DNA of 64,000 nt from Eledone cirrhosa. Taxonomy: Eukaryota. Positions 38,315 to 52,745 of this stretch are shown one piece after another. The position numbers were made by a program, and so were the translations under genes. The first letter of the stretch is position 1, and every line of letters starts with the position of its first letter. The notes beneath the pieces were generated by a model. The model made no database searches and was not told the origin of the DNA. It saw only the letters and a list, made by a program, of their open reading frames with translations. The stretch spans positions 317,998,001 through 318,062,000 of the forward strand of contig OZ024743.1 of assembly GCA_964016885.1 (NCBI GenBank), written 5' to 3'.

Positions 38315-38635
38315 TTTTTTTTTTTTTAAGTAATTAAGTTATTTTATTTTAAAAGCTATTTATACAAAAACAAAACACACTATTAAAGGAATGTAAAAAA
38401 GAAAAAAGGGATCATGAAATGAAAGAAAGGGATGGACAAACACTACATCCCAATCTGAGTGGTGCCTCAGCCGCGCCCCGCGGACAAAATGTCTAAGGCG
38501 TTACAGTGGAGAATAGCCAGAGACACTCGCTGCAACAGCCAACCCACCTCGCGGGTCTCCTTCCGCAAACGGGCTGCTATCTTTCCAATTTTACGGAGGA
38601 AATCAACAGTGCGGAGACCAAGGACTACCTCGATC
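38315..38635 (-). mobile_element. CRE-clade non-LTR retrotransposon 3' fragment (RLE C-terminus plus poly-A)
   Basis: Minus-strand translation VLGLRTVDFLRKIGKIAARLRKETREVGWLLQRVSLAILHCNALDIL...stop (38467-38469) resembles the CRE QRLS.AIQRGNA motif. An A13 tail lies at 38315-38327. Confidence 0.6.
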
Positions 38636-41600
38636 CTTTTACTTCAGTCTTGAGTAATTTACATAGAATTCTTCCAATATGCTGTGTTTCGTTGAGATTC
38701 CTTGTTTTTATCAGCTGCAGGAGCTCCAGATATTTATGAGTGTTCGAGTTGTTCGACGAACGGAACAGCTTGCTCATGAAATTAACGTATAAGTGGCTAA
38801 TCATTCTCAAAGACACGTGTACCCATAACGTAATTCTCAGAATGATACAGCGTGACTAGACTGGCCATTTGAATTACAGTTACAGTCCATCCGACTGTAA
38901 CCAGTTTTACTCACAAAAAATGTGTCAACCCATTGCTACAGTAAATGACACGCAGGATAATCGAACCGGGGACATAATGATAGCGAAACTATTTCTCTCG
39001 TTCACACACGCACAGACAGACAGGTGATAGTGACTTCGAAGTTTTATAATAAACCTTATACTCTGCTAACATGTATTGAGTGTTCATTAAATTAATGTTT
39101 GAACGTTCTGTATCCCCCCCCCCTCCTGTCAGTAAACATATATATATATTTGATAAAGAATATACATTCATTCTGTGACTAGGTTTAATTTCAATATTGT
39201 GCTACTATTATTTCCACTGTTTTGTGTATCAATACATTACAGGGGTGGTAGAATACAAAACTAAACTATTTTCTACCATACTTTCTTTATATATAAACTC
39301 ATTTTCGAAAGAAGAATTGCGAGGAATTTGATACAGCACAGGAAGTAACCCAAAATTAACAGAGATACATTTTATAAACATTTATTTAGTTTTGATAACC
39401 TCCGTATTAAGTAACCGTAACTTATATTTACAACTGTGAGGATTACGATTACTATCAGATTTTAATACAGAAATAATTAGTGTACTTTATTTTTACATGC
39501 AAACATAATTCATATAATGAATATGATTTTAAAAAAAACATCGATTGAAATAATCAGAAAAAGAAAGGAAAAATATTTTTAAAAATATGCCCCCTCAATT
39601 ACACGATAGAAAAAAGAATGTTGGTGTTTACTTCTTCAGATTCTCAGATTATGAAGAAAACATCGACAGGTATATTTGGAAAATAACATTACAAATCGTT
39701 TGCAATTCTTTCAGAATGAAAATATAAACAGAGCATATAAATAAATTTACAGTAGAATAACATAACAAATATGTTTTAAATATATACATAAATAACATTA
39801 CAAATGCTTCGATAACATTATAAATAGCTCGCGATTCATTCAGAAAGATATATTCTTGGAAAATAAATATAGCATTGTGAATCAGGTAGGGATTAGGCTA
39901 AACCCTTAGTTTGTGAGATCAAATAGCCTTCGGACATTTCGTAGTGTTTGTAACCAAAGCACTTTATTTTAAATAACCAAGCTCTCTAGGTACAATATTT
40001 CCCGAGATTGCTACCTACAATCTCTGTCTCTCACCCGTGTCTCACCACGAAAGCCAAATCATGCACTGCTTTTCAAAGACCTCGGAAATCCAGGAGATAA
40101 TTATTTTTCTTGGATATCAAAGCTAGTGGCGTGAAGGTGCGTGGCATAGTGGTTCACGATCGGAAGGATATGAGTTCCAATCCTGGTGATGTATTGTGTC
40201 CTTAAGCAAGACATTTCATTTTGAGTTGTCCTATTCTATCAGTTGGCGAAAAATGATGTGTACCTGTAATTGAAAGGGCAAGCCTTATCACACACTGTAA
40301 CAAGGCTTACTCTGAATCTCCTTGAGAACTACTTTAAGGGTATACGTGTCTGTGAAATGGTCATTTCACAGGCAGGCTGTTCCATTAGTCAAATACATGG
40401 TCAGAATCAACGCTCACATATGTACATATAACGTTAGTGGTTCACTATAGCCTAGTATTATAAAGCTATTCATATATCAATGGTCCTGAGTTGATATATT
40501 TTAAACCTTTTTTTTCTTACAAAAACAATAAAACGATGAACACTTTAAGAATTACATACAATTCCTTAACCCTTTAGTTGCCACATTTATAATGAAATAC
40601 ATCATCGTCATCATCATCATCGTTTATACGTTCATTTTTGACAAGCTCTTTTCAGCACATCTCTCCACTCGTTGCACTCCTTCATCATCTCGTGCGCGAG
40701 TCTTGGTGATTTGAGATCAGCTCTCACCACCTCTGCCCAGGTCTTTCTTGGTCGACTTCTACTGCAGCTTCCTTCCACTGAGATTTCCTGGCACTTCTTC
40801 ACCTAGCAATCATCATCCTGCACATCACATGTCCATACCAACACACAGTATTTGAATCAATGAATAATTGGGAGGGATTTATTAAAATCATTTAATTATT
40901 TCGTTACTAAGATGATACCAACATCACAACTTAACAAAAGGTTCTTGTGTCAAACTATGTTTGAAGGTTCTAATTTAAATAGGAATGAAACCCTTTAGAA
41001 TGAGTGGTTTTGTTTCATAGAACCAGAACTGGTTTGAGGCAGTTTGATATCAAAAAGGTTAAATATACATGATTACATGAAGTGGTGAAGTTGAAGAAAT
41101 TGTAGAGCTTTCAACTAAATGTGGATTTGCAGTATGGTAGAGCTTCATACAACATGCTTTGCAACATATAGTTATGGCCCTTTATGTTTTGGGTTCAAAT
41201 TCCACCAAGGTTAGCTTTGTCTTTCATCCTTATGGAGTCAATAAAATAAAGTACCAGTAATGCACTGTGGTTGATTTAATCGATGTACCCCATCCCTTCA
41301 AATTGCTGGCCATGTGCCAAAGTAGAAATGATTATTTAGCTTCATTCCTTTAAACCATTCAGCCCCTCATTGAACCTAAACATGTACAAAAATAAATCAG
41401 TAAACAACATATACAATAGATAATAAAGACTAAGTATATATAAATCAGAAACCTGTATAAACAAGTATTTTATTGTATTATTTTATTTATTTTTACTTAA
41501 TATACAAATGTCAGATTTTGGGCCCATCAATTCCTGAGGATTGATATCAACCATATTGGAGACCCCTTTTATGGTTTAATGAGAAGAGGCAGGGGAGATG

Positions 41601-43074
41601 CTATGTAAGGTTGATGTGGTTTATTGAATATCTATAAATCAATGATTGTCAGCAAAACATTTGAGGGGAAGGAATTTTAAGAGATTGACATTTTTGGATA
41701 GAGATTAACCCTTTAGCATTTAAACCAGTCGTATCTGTCTTGAATTATCTCACCTCTTTCTGTTCAAACTGGCCATAACTTCCGCTCATACTGTCGTTAA
41801 GGTATTGTTGTCAAAATAATTAATATCAAAAGCTCGTAGATTCTAGATTATCTGAGATAATTATGTAAGATAAAACCTTTATCACAAAAATACAATAGTA
41901 TATATAGAGTAATGTGTGGGCTTGCGTGGGGATGTTATGAAGCTAGCTAGTTCAGAGGATCAAAAACTATATATTATAGAGGCTATAAAATAGGCAGAGA
42001 GAGGAGACAGTATGTCTATTGGTTCAAGTGTGTAGTATGTTGGTAAGAAATGCTTTACTAATCAGCCAGTGGGCATTCTTTTGGATGTGGTCTTCGATGT
42101 TTGTGTATATCAGCAATAACAGCCTCCTAGATGTCAGAGAAATACTTCTTCTCTTGCTGGAGTTTTTTAGAGTTAGTAAGTGATCATATAGAGTTTGATC
42201 AACAAAATCCCAGACCTCATTCACATACTGAGTGTCAAATCAGACCAAGGAAACAATGTTTCCATTGATCTTTCCATTGCTGATACTAGCTACTGGTCAC
42301 AATTCCTGGCAGAAGGAACAATGTGAAATAAAGTGTCTTGCTCAAGGATATAACGCATTGCCCAGTCTGGGAATCAAACTCGCAATCTCACAATTGTGAA
42401 TTCCTGACAAGTGATCATAGCTGAAGTTATATCTACCAAGAAAGATCATAAAAAGTCGTGAGGTTTAGTATTTGTAGTGATGTATGCATGGTCCCGTAAC
42501 TCCAGGGGGAGTTGCCGAGGTGCAGTATTGACATACAGCGTTTCTGGGGTATTTTTAAAACTTAGCAGAGCCCATCTACTCTCCAGGTCTGAATATAGCA
42601 GATTCCTTCTAGGAGAGGTGACAGTATGCACCCTTGGAGGAGTCTTTAAGACCTGCCGCAGTGTAAATATTTGGCCGGCTGTGCTGCTTTAGTGGCGAAA
42701 ACCGTACTGTTCATCATCTAGCTTGGACTTGACAATCTCCCTACATCTGTTTGCCAGACATTTAGCATAGACTTTACCACACCTGCTATCAGGAATGCAT
42801 CTGGGGTTCTCTACAGAGAGGTGCATCATGGCGAGGTGGAGAGAATACTTTGCTGATCTCCTAAACCCAATCATAGCAACATCTTCTGATGTATACAAGG
42901 TGCATCTGGGAGCAGTGACTAATCTCTTGGAAGCTGAAGTCACAAGAGTAGTTAGATCTCAAATGTGGCAAAGCTGCTGGGGAAGATGAAATCTGGCTTG
43001 AGATGTTAAAAGCCTCAGGAAACAAGTACCACCAATCTCTGGGAGGGCTCTGTAGACAGTAGACAGCTTCTGCT

Positions 43075-43957
43075 ACCAAGGTGACCGGATTAGCAGCGGA
43101 GGTGGGTGTTCAGAAAGTACAATAACTAGGGTAAGAACGGGATGGAAGAAGTTCAGGGAACTACTGCCACTGCTAGCTGCAAAAGGCTTCTCCCTCAAAA
43201 TGAAAGGCAGACTGTATGATGCGTGTATCCGAACAGCAATGTTACATGGTAGTGAGACCTGGGCGCTGAAGGTGGAAGACTTACGTAGATTAGAAAGAAA
43301 CGAAGCCTGCATGCTCCGATAGATGTGTAATAGTAATATATGCGAACGACAAAGCATAAATGAATTGAGAGAGAGACTGAGCATAAGAGAAATCAAATGC
43401 TGTGTGCAGAAGAGGCGGTTGCGTTGGTATGGACATGTGATGCGTATGACGGATGACAGCTGCATAAAAAGGTGCAGAACACTAGAAGTCGATGGAAACC
43501 GCGGAGCGGGGAGACCCAAGATGACCTGGGATGAGGTGATAAAAGCCGACCTTACCCAATTACACCTCTCAAAGGCGATGACACACGACCGTGACCTCTG
43601 GCGTCACGCAGTAATACAGAGTACCCGACCTCCCATGGGTACAAGCTGAAGCATATAGACAATATGCCCCACACCCTCCCACTGCAAAGTGGTCGTGGAG
43701 GTGCCACGGCAAAAAAGCACCCAGCCCACACTGTAAAGTGGACGTGTAGGCGCCTTGGAAAAAGCACTCACCACTCACTGTAAATGAGGTTGGTGTTAGG
43801 AAGGGCATCCAGCTGTAGAAATCAAGCCAAAATCAGTTCCTGTATGAGCAAGGCATGATCAGCCGACCAGACACTGCCCACAACAGGACAACCCGTCTAA
43901 CCCATGCTAGCATGGAAGAACGGATGTAAAACGGTGATGATGATGGTGATGATGATC
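43075..43957 (+). mobile_element. 5'-truncated RTE LINE with 3' UTR and (GAT)n tail
   Basis: GD.ISSGGGCSES...MLHGSETW...LRWYGHVMRM, with an in-frame TAG near 43320. Other RTE pieces precede it at 42690-43070. Confidence 0.88.
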
Positions 43958-45912
43958 CCTGAGAAGACTAAGCGGAGTTCATAAAGCTCTCTCGTTTCTA
44001 TTTTGGTGGTTGGCCATCTCTCCAGTTTTACTTTTTGGTCCCAGGAGCTTACCACCAGGCTTGTTGGAGGGCTAAGGCAATATATGTGATCAAGATAGTT
44101 CTATTTAAAGAACAACTTAAGCTTACACCATGTAAATCAAGAGATCTACAAAAAGCCATTTCTGGTTATATATTTAATTCATAAAAAGTGTTTCTCTATT
44201 CAACCCCAATATTATTGTGTATTTAGAAGATATTCCTCCAGCTTATTTTCATTTCATTTTGTTCTATCATGTGGTTTCCACATTGGATTTAGTAAGGTAA
44301 ACAGAAAGGACAATATACTGCAGGCCAGGTCCCAGAAATTTGTCATAAAAAGATAAAAGTGTGCAACCTCTAAATATTATTCAATTGACTTATAATTCAG
44401 CCTACATGGATGTAATCGACATGAGATGATTGGCAAATAGTTTGCAAAATGGAACACCCTAATGTTGATAATGACAGTAGTAGTTAGTGTTATTAATATG
44501 TTAATACTGGCAGTAGTACTTAGTATTATTAGCATGTTAATACCGGCATTAGTAGTTAGTATTATTACAAATCCCGCCGAGGTTAACTTTGCCTTTCATC
44601 CTTACGGGGTCAATAAAATAAAGTACCAGTAATGCACTGGGTAATTGCTGGCCTTATGCCAAAAGTAGAAACAATTATTAGTATGTTAATACTGGCATTA
44701 GTTGTTAGTATTATTAGTATGTTGATTGTGGAAGTGGTAGTTGTTAATTCATTTCTTGTTATATCCTTTTACACCATTTCTTTATTTGTAGTTCCTGTCA
44801 CTCTCAGGTCAGTCTGGAGCATCTGTTTCCCTTGTTTTATTATCGTTTATTGGCATCTTTTATTTATCCTTACATTCTTCTTGTCATATTTTTACACAAA
44901 TCTAAGTCCAGTCAATCCTATAGACATTCTTTCAATAAAGGATAATAATAAATAATATTTAAACATTTCCTTATCATATTTCTAGTGAAGGTAGTGGATT
45001 GGCAGTATTGCTAATGCTTTGCAGCACAGAGTTACAGCCCTTTACTTTTTTAGTTCAAATCCCACTTTACCTTTCATCCTTACAGGGTTGATAAACTAAA
45101 GTAGCAATAATGCACTGGGGTCGGTTTAATTGACTTTCCCTTCTCCAAAAATTGTTGGCCTTGTGGCCTAAATCAGGTACCATTATCATATTTCTATGCT
45201 TTTCAATTACGTTTGAAAATAAAGTAGTGTGTTATTTGAAGATTCTGACAATACAAAATGGACAGTAGATTTTGGAATAAATTGAAGACAATGAAGATGT
45301 TGGTGTGTCACCTGTTATTTTGTTTACCTGTCCTAATATTTTGAGACAAAAAAAACTTTTGTCAGAAAACTATAATAAGAAACTGTTTTGGTGTCCGTGC
45401 TTTTATTGTTATAGGCTCACCATTTTCTGAGAAAATAATCACAAATTTAGATGTATTTAGTTACGTAACTAATTTTCTTATTAGCAGGCTGGTGTTTGGA
45501 ACATAACTTAATAAAGTTCCTTTCATAAAATGATGATGGAAGTTTTTTAGATTAATATGCAACACTTTGACCCTTAACACTGCCTATGATTTTCAATTAG
45601 ATTTTAAAATAATCAGGAATTTGAAAGGATTTAGTATTATAACTAATCTTGTCATTGAGCTGGTGTTTGAAACATAACTTAACAAAGGTTCTTATGATGA
45701 GCATCTGAAAAAGGTTAGAAGGTACAACAACTGAAGTATTGTGATTCTAACAACCAAAATTAGGACACTAGTTTAAATATGAGGATTAGAAGGTTAGACA
45801 ACATAGTAACTGAAGTATTGTGGTTGTAACATCCAAGATTAGGACACTAGTTTAACCTTTTAGCATTTACATTACTCTATATATACTATTATATTTCCAT
45901 GGTAAAGGCTTT

Positions 45913-46897
45913 ATAAAAATAAAATAATAAAATAATGAAAATATTGTGTACAGTGCTCAGGTGCACTACAACTCATCAAAAAGTGTATGTATAGGACATA
46001 GTTTAATGTACAAACGTCAGGAAAATGAACTGCATGAGTCATGATATACACGTGTGCATGTGTATGGAAGGGGGACATCAGGTGTAGTTTTGGCGAATTT
46101 CGGGAAACATGAGGGTTTTAAAGGATGCAGTGTCTCGGCAGCTAACAACTGACACAGGCAGTTTGTTCCATGCTTCAGCAACTCTAAGCGTGAAAAAATG
46201 TTTCCGAAAGTCATGGGAGCTGTGCTGTTTTCTGACTTTGTAGGCATGTCCATGTGTGTTAGACACATGGAGACCAAAAAGGTGCTCAGGGTTGTTGTTG
46301 GCGAGATGGTTAATAACTTTGTGGGTGTTTACCAAGTCCATTGCCAGATGTCAGAGCTTCAATGAATCCATGCCCAGAGAAGCAAGCCGTTCAGAGTAGG
46401 GTAGATATCTGATAGAGGGTATGCGCTTGGTTGCACGTCTCTGAACAGTTTCCAGGAGGTCAATGTTCTGAGCAAGATAGGGGTTCCAGACTGATGATGC
46501 GAATTCCAAGTGTGGTCGTACCATAGCTGTATACAGCTTTAAATAGATGGCTGGAGAACGTTTAACAAAGGTCTTGCTGAGTGATGCCAAGACACCCTCG
46601 GCTTTCTTGACAATTTTAGAGATCGCTGTTGACAGTAATGCCCAGGTCACGTTCACAAGAGGACTTCTTGATATCAGTGTTGTGGAGGGAGTATGCGGAC
46701 ACTGGATTTTTCCTCCCAAAATGCATGGTAGTACACTTGTCCACAGCCAGCTTCAGTTGCCAGTCTGTGATCCATTGCTGCATTGTGTTCAGGTCTGATT
46801 GTAGGAAAGAGTTATAGATTTCAGGATCTATCCTTTTGATTTCAAGGTACAGCTTGATGTCATCTGCATATTTCAGTACTGTGGCATTCTTTAAGTC
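45913..46897 (-). mobile_element. 5'-truncated CR1 inserted into a piggyBac-type MITE
   Basis: Homologous to 19055-20000, with a stop and a deletion. The MITE halves lie at 45852-45912 and 46898-47059. Confidence 0.88.
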
Positions 46898-47819
46898 ACA
46901 TAATATCTCACATGATATCGAATCTATGAGATTTTGATACTATTTATTTTGAGAACAATACCTTAACATCAGTATGAGTGGCCAATTACAACTGGTTTGA
47001 ACAGAAGGTGGTGAGAGAATTCTGGCTCGATACGGCCTGTTTAAATGCTAAAGGGTTAAATATAATGATGACCCGAAGATGGTTAGACGACACAACACCT
47101 GAAGTATGTGATTGTAACAACCAAGATGAGAACACTAGTCCAAATAAATCAGTTTATAATAATTCACTGAATTTGTATAAATGTTTACATAGCAGGGAAA
47201 GTGGACATTAAGTGATGATAGCCATATTGAAATACTCAGTTTTAATTAATAAATATTTTTAAGGGATTTACTAAAATCATTAATTATTTCATTATTGAGA
47301 TGATATTTGTAACAGAACTTAACAAATGGTTCTAATATGAAGTTATGTAGGAATATTTTTAATTAAAATAAGAATCCTTTAAAATTGGAGGTTTTCTTTC
47401 ATTGAGCTAGAAGTGGTTTGGGGTATGTGGGTGGGTTGATATCAAAAGGGTTGTGCTGATTCCTCCTTTGTTAAAGCTTACTAAAAGTTTTCTATTATTT
47501 AGTAGTGTCTTTGTCGATAAACTGTTCCCTTTTCATGTCTCTCTTTCTTCTTTTCTTCTTTTTGAATCATAGTATTGAAATTAATCATTCTAATGATTTT
47601 GTTGAGTAAATAGTAACTTACTAAAAAACCAAAAAAAAACCTATATTGATTTTTTTTTTTTTTTTTTTTTTTTTTTGCATGTGAAATTAGTTCACTTTCT
47701 ATTGCATTATAGGTCTTTAAACTTTGTATACCTGACCTACCTTATAAATTATTATTCTGCTTCTGAAATTCTCTCCTATTTATGACACTTAAGTTCTGTT
47801 CTATACATAATATTTACAC

Positions 47820-48390
47820 TTTTAACCGTTTCATTACCATATTTCTTATGAAAGACACTGCCTATGTCATTAACCCTTTCATTACCATACTTCTTATGAA
47901 AGATACTGCCTATGTCTAACACTTTCATTACCATATTTCTAATGAAAGACACTACCTATGTTTTTAATACATTCATTACCAAATTTCTTATGGAAAACAC
48001 TGCCTATACCTTAACCCTTTCATTACCATACTTATTATGAAAGACACTGCCTATGTCATTAACCCTTTCATTACCATACTTCTTATGAAAGATACTGCCT
48101 ATGTCTAACACTTTCATTACCATATTTCTAATGAAAGACACTACCTATGTTTTTAATACATTCATTACCAAATTTCTTATGGAAAACACTGCCTATACCA
48201 TTAACCCTTTCATTACCATACTTCTTATGAAAGACACTGCCTATGTCATTAACCCTTTCATTACTATACTTCTTATGAAAAACCCTACCTATGTCATTAA
48301 CCCTTTCATTACTATATTCCTTATGAAAGACCCTACCTATGTCATTAACCCTTTCATTACTATATTTCTTATGAAAGACACTGCCTATTA
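47820..48390. repeat. 48-bp minisatellite, about 12 copies, with a higher-order duplication of about 190 bp
   Basis: The unit is TTAACCCTTTCATTACCATATTTCTTATGAAAGACACTGCCTATGTCA. The variant pattern repeats at about 47870-48060 and 48060-48250. Confidence 0.92.
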
Positions 48391-48459
48391 TTTTCAAAAT
48401 AATCAAGAATTTGGAACAATTTGGTAATATAACTGTCTCATTATTAAGCTGATGTAGGG

Positions 48460-49600
48460 CAGTGGATTCAAATCTCACCGAGGTTAACTTCACCTTTCAT
48501 CCTTACAGGGTCGATAAAATAAAGTACCAGTAATGCACTGGGATAACTGCTGGCCTTGTGCCAAAAGTAGAAACAATTATTAAGCTGGTGTTAAAGGTAG
48601 TGGAATATCAGAATTGTTAGTGTGTAGGAACTGTTTTTCAGTATTTCTTCCTGCATTTTAAATTCTGAGTTTAACTTCTGCTACAGCTAACATTGCTTTT
48701 CATTCTTCTGGGGGTCAATAAAATAAAGTACCATTTGATTTAATTGACTCCTCATCCCCACCCCACAAATACTGACTTTGTGCTTAAATTAGAAACCATT
48801 ATTGTTACTGGATTGGCAGTATTGGTAGAGGGTAGGACGCCATGCTTTCCAGCATAGTTACGTCCCTTTACGATCTGAGTTCAAATCCCGCCGAGGTTGA
48901 CTTTGCCTTTCATCCTTACGGGGTCGGTAAAATAAAGTACCAGTAATGCACTGGGTAATTGCTGGCCTTGTGCCTAAAGTAGAAACCATTATTGTTACAG
49001 CCCTGTATGTACTGATTTCAAATCCTGCTGAGTTTAGCTTTGCCCTTTATCCTTATGGGGTTGATAACATAAAGTACCTGTAACACATTGGGGTTAATTT
49101 AATCGACTTTCTCCTCCTCCCAAATTGTTGGCCTTGTGCCTAAATCAGAAACCGTTATTAAGCTGGTGTTTGGAACATAACTTAACAAAGGTTCTTACAA
49201 AACATTATGATAGAAACTTTAAAGTTAAATATAGACACTTTAAAATAAACAACTTTGTATCATAGAACCAAAGATGGTTTCAGATAAGTATGAAAAGGGT
49301 ATCTTGAGGACTACATAATTTCTGTCATTTTTTTCTGTAATAAGGGTGGTGGTGGTGGTGGTGGGTGTTGTGGGGGTGATGGTGTAGGTAGTGAAGTTAG
49401 GTCAGTTGAAACATTTTATCATTCTAATGGCAGTAATCGGTAGAGTATTGGACAACATGCTATGTGGCGTATATTTACGTCTTCTTACATTCTGAGTTCA
49501 AATCCCACTAAGGTTATCTTTTGCTTGTCATTCTTATAGGGTTGATGAAATAAAGTACCTGTAATGTACTGGGATTGTTTTAGTCAACTTTCCATTTCCC
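48460..49600 (+). mobile_element. Cluster of about five co-oriented Meta-like SINEs
   Basis: Repeated CTTTCATCCTTA.GGGGT.GATAAAATAAAGTACC domain. Confidence 0.8.
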
Positions 49601-51383
49601 TTCAAATTAGGTACACTAATGTTATTGGTGTTAGTTGCTGCCAGAAAGGGCATCCGGCTATAAAATACTACCTTATAAGTAACTCCATGATGTTATGGGA
49701 CCTGCAAAGCCAGAGGTGTAACTCGGGTATGACAAGCATGGCATGTGCCATGGGCACCACTTGGACTAGGAACATTTTCTATTAAAGTCAGATAAGTTAT
49801 CATTGAAGAGTGAAAAAGAAACTTCTTCAGATGTATGATCTGTCTTTGATTATCATGGTTCAGAAGCACTATGGTTGTTGGATCATTAAATCATTTATAT
49901 AAATTATTAGGCCCATAGGTAAAAATACAGTGCTGGGAATGTTTAGGCAGGAGTACAATTTCACTGCTTGCTATAGGCACTATTTTCCCTAGTTACACCT
50001 CTGGAGAAAGCTAACCCCTGCTTGAGCAGAGAAAATGACTTTAAATTATTGTTGTTGAAGATGGTGACAAGAAGAAACCTGAAACATATTTTAAATATAA
50101 GCTGTTAAAAAGTCATAGAAACTGTAGAGCTTTGGCAAACCCCTTTTCTCTTTTCAAATGCCTTTCTTAATTCAGCAGATGAATTATCCAAACTTTTATG
50201 AATTAGTATTACTCCGGTTGTTACTCCACAACAAATTGGCTGAATCAGCCAGCTTGGTATTACCTTAAAATTAGTTGATTGGTTGGTGGGTTTCTCTTTT
50301 TTTATAAAAACAACTGGACAAACTTTGTAAATATAACAAAAAAAAAAAAAAAGGGAAGGAAATAGGCAAGGAATGGTTTTTCCATTGCTGTTATCTTATC
50401 TTCTAGTTGCATCTCTTGGCAGAAGTGTCACCATGTTTCTTTTGACAGAAGGTGAGATATAAACTCAGAATAAACAGAGCTGGAACATATACTGCAAAAC
50501 ATACTGTCAGACTCTGTAACATTTTACCAATACACTATCACTAGACTGCTACTTTGTTTATTGACCCTGAAATGATAAAGTTAAACATGGCAAGATTTGA
50601 GCTCAGAGCATAGAAAACCAGAAGAAATATGAAGGCATTTAATCCTATGTTGTAATAGCTCTGCCAATCTACCATCTTTGTTATACAACTAAAAAAACTT
50701 CCGAAGTATAAAAACTAAGAAACAATATCCTGTGTATGTATGTAGGAAGTAGGGGTTGAAAAACAACAACAAACCTAATAATCGCCTGGTTTAACATAAC
50801 CACTTAATCCTTAGATACATTTAATAGAGTTTACTCTGTTGCAAGCATTTAGACCAAGTCTCTATTTGAGGACAGCTTCCGCACTCATTCCCACCAGTAT
50901 CAGAGGCCCCGAAAACAATTCATGGGCATTGCCTTTTCCTCCCTGAATACACAATACCCCCCCCCCCCCCCCCCAAGTTTATATAAGGAAACCCAGATGT
51001 AAGAAAAGGCAGAAATAAATACACAAACTGAAACAGTAAAATACTGCTCTAAATACACAAAGAAAGAAACAATGGAATACTGCACCAAATACACAAACTG
51101 TAATAATAAAATACTGCTCTAAATACACAAAGAAAGAAACAGTTGTTGGAAATAATTAAAGTAGTAAAATAATTCATAATTCAAAAGTATTATGGCCTAT
51201 AAAAAAAGAAAACAAACTCTAGTTTGGGTTGTGACCCATATCTGTGAATGGTTTTATTAAGTAGTGTAGTATATATATATTATGATACTTAACAATACCA
51301 CGGAATCTAAAGTATTTACTAAATTAAGAAGTAGGATTGGTTGGTTATTTAGTTAAGTCTAGCTTGTACTGTTAAGGAAAATG

Positions 51384-51445
<62 letters not shown>

Positions 51446-51494
51446 AAATAAAGTTAAATGAAAGTCAAATGATTAAAATTTAGCTTCGTTTATT

Positions 51495-51549
51495 ACTGCT
51501 ATATATATTTCAGTGACAGCCATCTTTGGCTGTGACCTCTTCAGGCAGT
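51495..51549 (-). ncRNA. Minimal type I hammerhead in the Penelope 3' repeat
   Basis: ACUGC-CUGAAGA-GGUCACAGCC-AAAGAU-GGCUGUCACU-GAAA-U-AUAU-A-UA|GCAGU. Predicted cleavage is between 51500 and 51499. Confidence 0.82.
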
Positions 51550-52745
51550 TTGAATTAGTATGGTATAGACAAGTACATATGTTGTTTAGGTGTATGATAT
51601 TGTCAATACTCTGATATGCCCAGTTCCTTGTTGGGTTGTTAATTCACTGGGGAACTGGAGTCATATGAATTCAAACAAACGAATTTTAGTGTCACAGGTC
51701 CCCTTCTCCTCTCATTGGTCAGTTATTAGTGTTGTCATTGTTGGAGTTAGCTTAAAAATTGATAAAATGGTAGAAGGGACAAGGTGTTGAAGGAACAAAA
51801 GATCAAAAAATGTGTCAAACTTCCCATTGTTCAGTTCTGAGAGCATTCCTCAGTCAGAAGTCTATAGAATTCTTTCTGGGGTGAGGCTCCCTGTAGTGTT
51901 TATGCCTGCTATTGTTCAGTACATTTGACCTCCACCATTATTTTGGTACTGTTGTTGTTGTAGTGGTCAGCTTATATCTTGCTGCTGCTAACAATTTAGA
52001 AGTATTCAGTTTGTGTTTTCTCTTCATCCCACCCGCCACCATCGTAGTGGTGGTGGCGGGGGGGGGGGGGGGGTTATTTCATGTATATGAAGAAATATAA
52101 GGCAATAAATGAAGAAAACAGAAGATAAATAAATAATATAATAAAATAAAATAATTAATATAATTTGTGTAATTTGAAAATAAATAAATAAATAGAGAAT
52201 AAAGAATAAAGAGTAAATGAGAGATTGGTGAAAAAGTAATGATAATGTATATGGAGAAGTGAGAAATAATGTAGGATAAAGTGTGTGTGTGTGTGTGCTA
52301 TAACCAATCTCAAGGTCAGAATATGTTGGATAGATTGGTATGATACAAGATGTTAAGATGAGATATTCAATGTGTTTGTGTTATAATCTATCTCAACTTA
52401 AAATAAATATAAATATAAAGTTATACAGTGAAGAGGGCAGAAAACAAATAACAAATTAATATAGAGAAATCAAGATTTAAGATTGGAACTTTAAAGTCAG
52501 AAATCTGGTAAATTAAAAGTGTTTGTGTTATAGATGTTGGCCAGATTATTATGGCTGTGTCCGATTCTGTCTCTAGGCTATCATGGTGTCTGCTCCGCCT
52601 GGGTTGTTCCCTATGGCTTGAGGGGAGTTCACAACCCAGGGTGTTGTAATTGTCCATATAGCTTGAGGGAGGTCTGGCCGAGAGGTGTTTTCATGTTCTG
52701 TAGAAGTCCCTATAGCTTGAGGGGAGTTCACATCTTCTTGCGTTG

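Noticed and set aside
48101-48493. Repeat proteins on both strands
   Set aside because: A by-product of the 48-bp (multiple of three) minisatellite.
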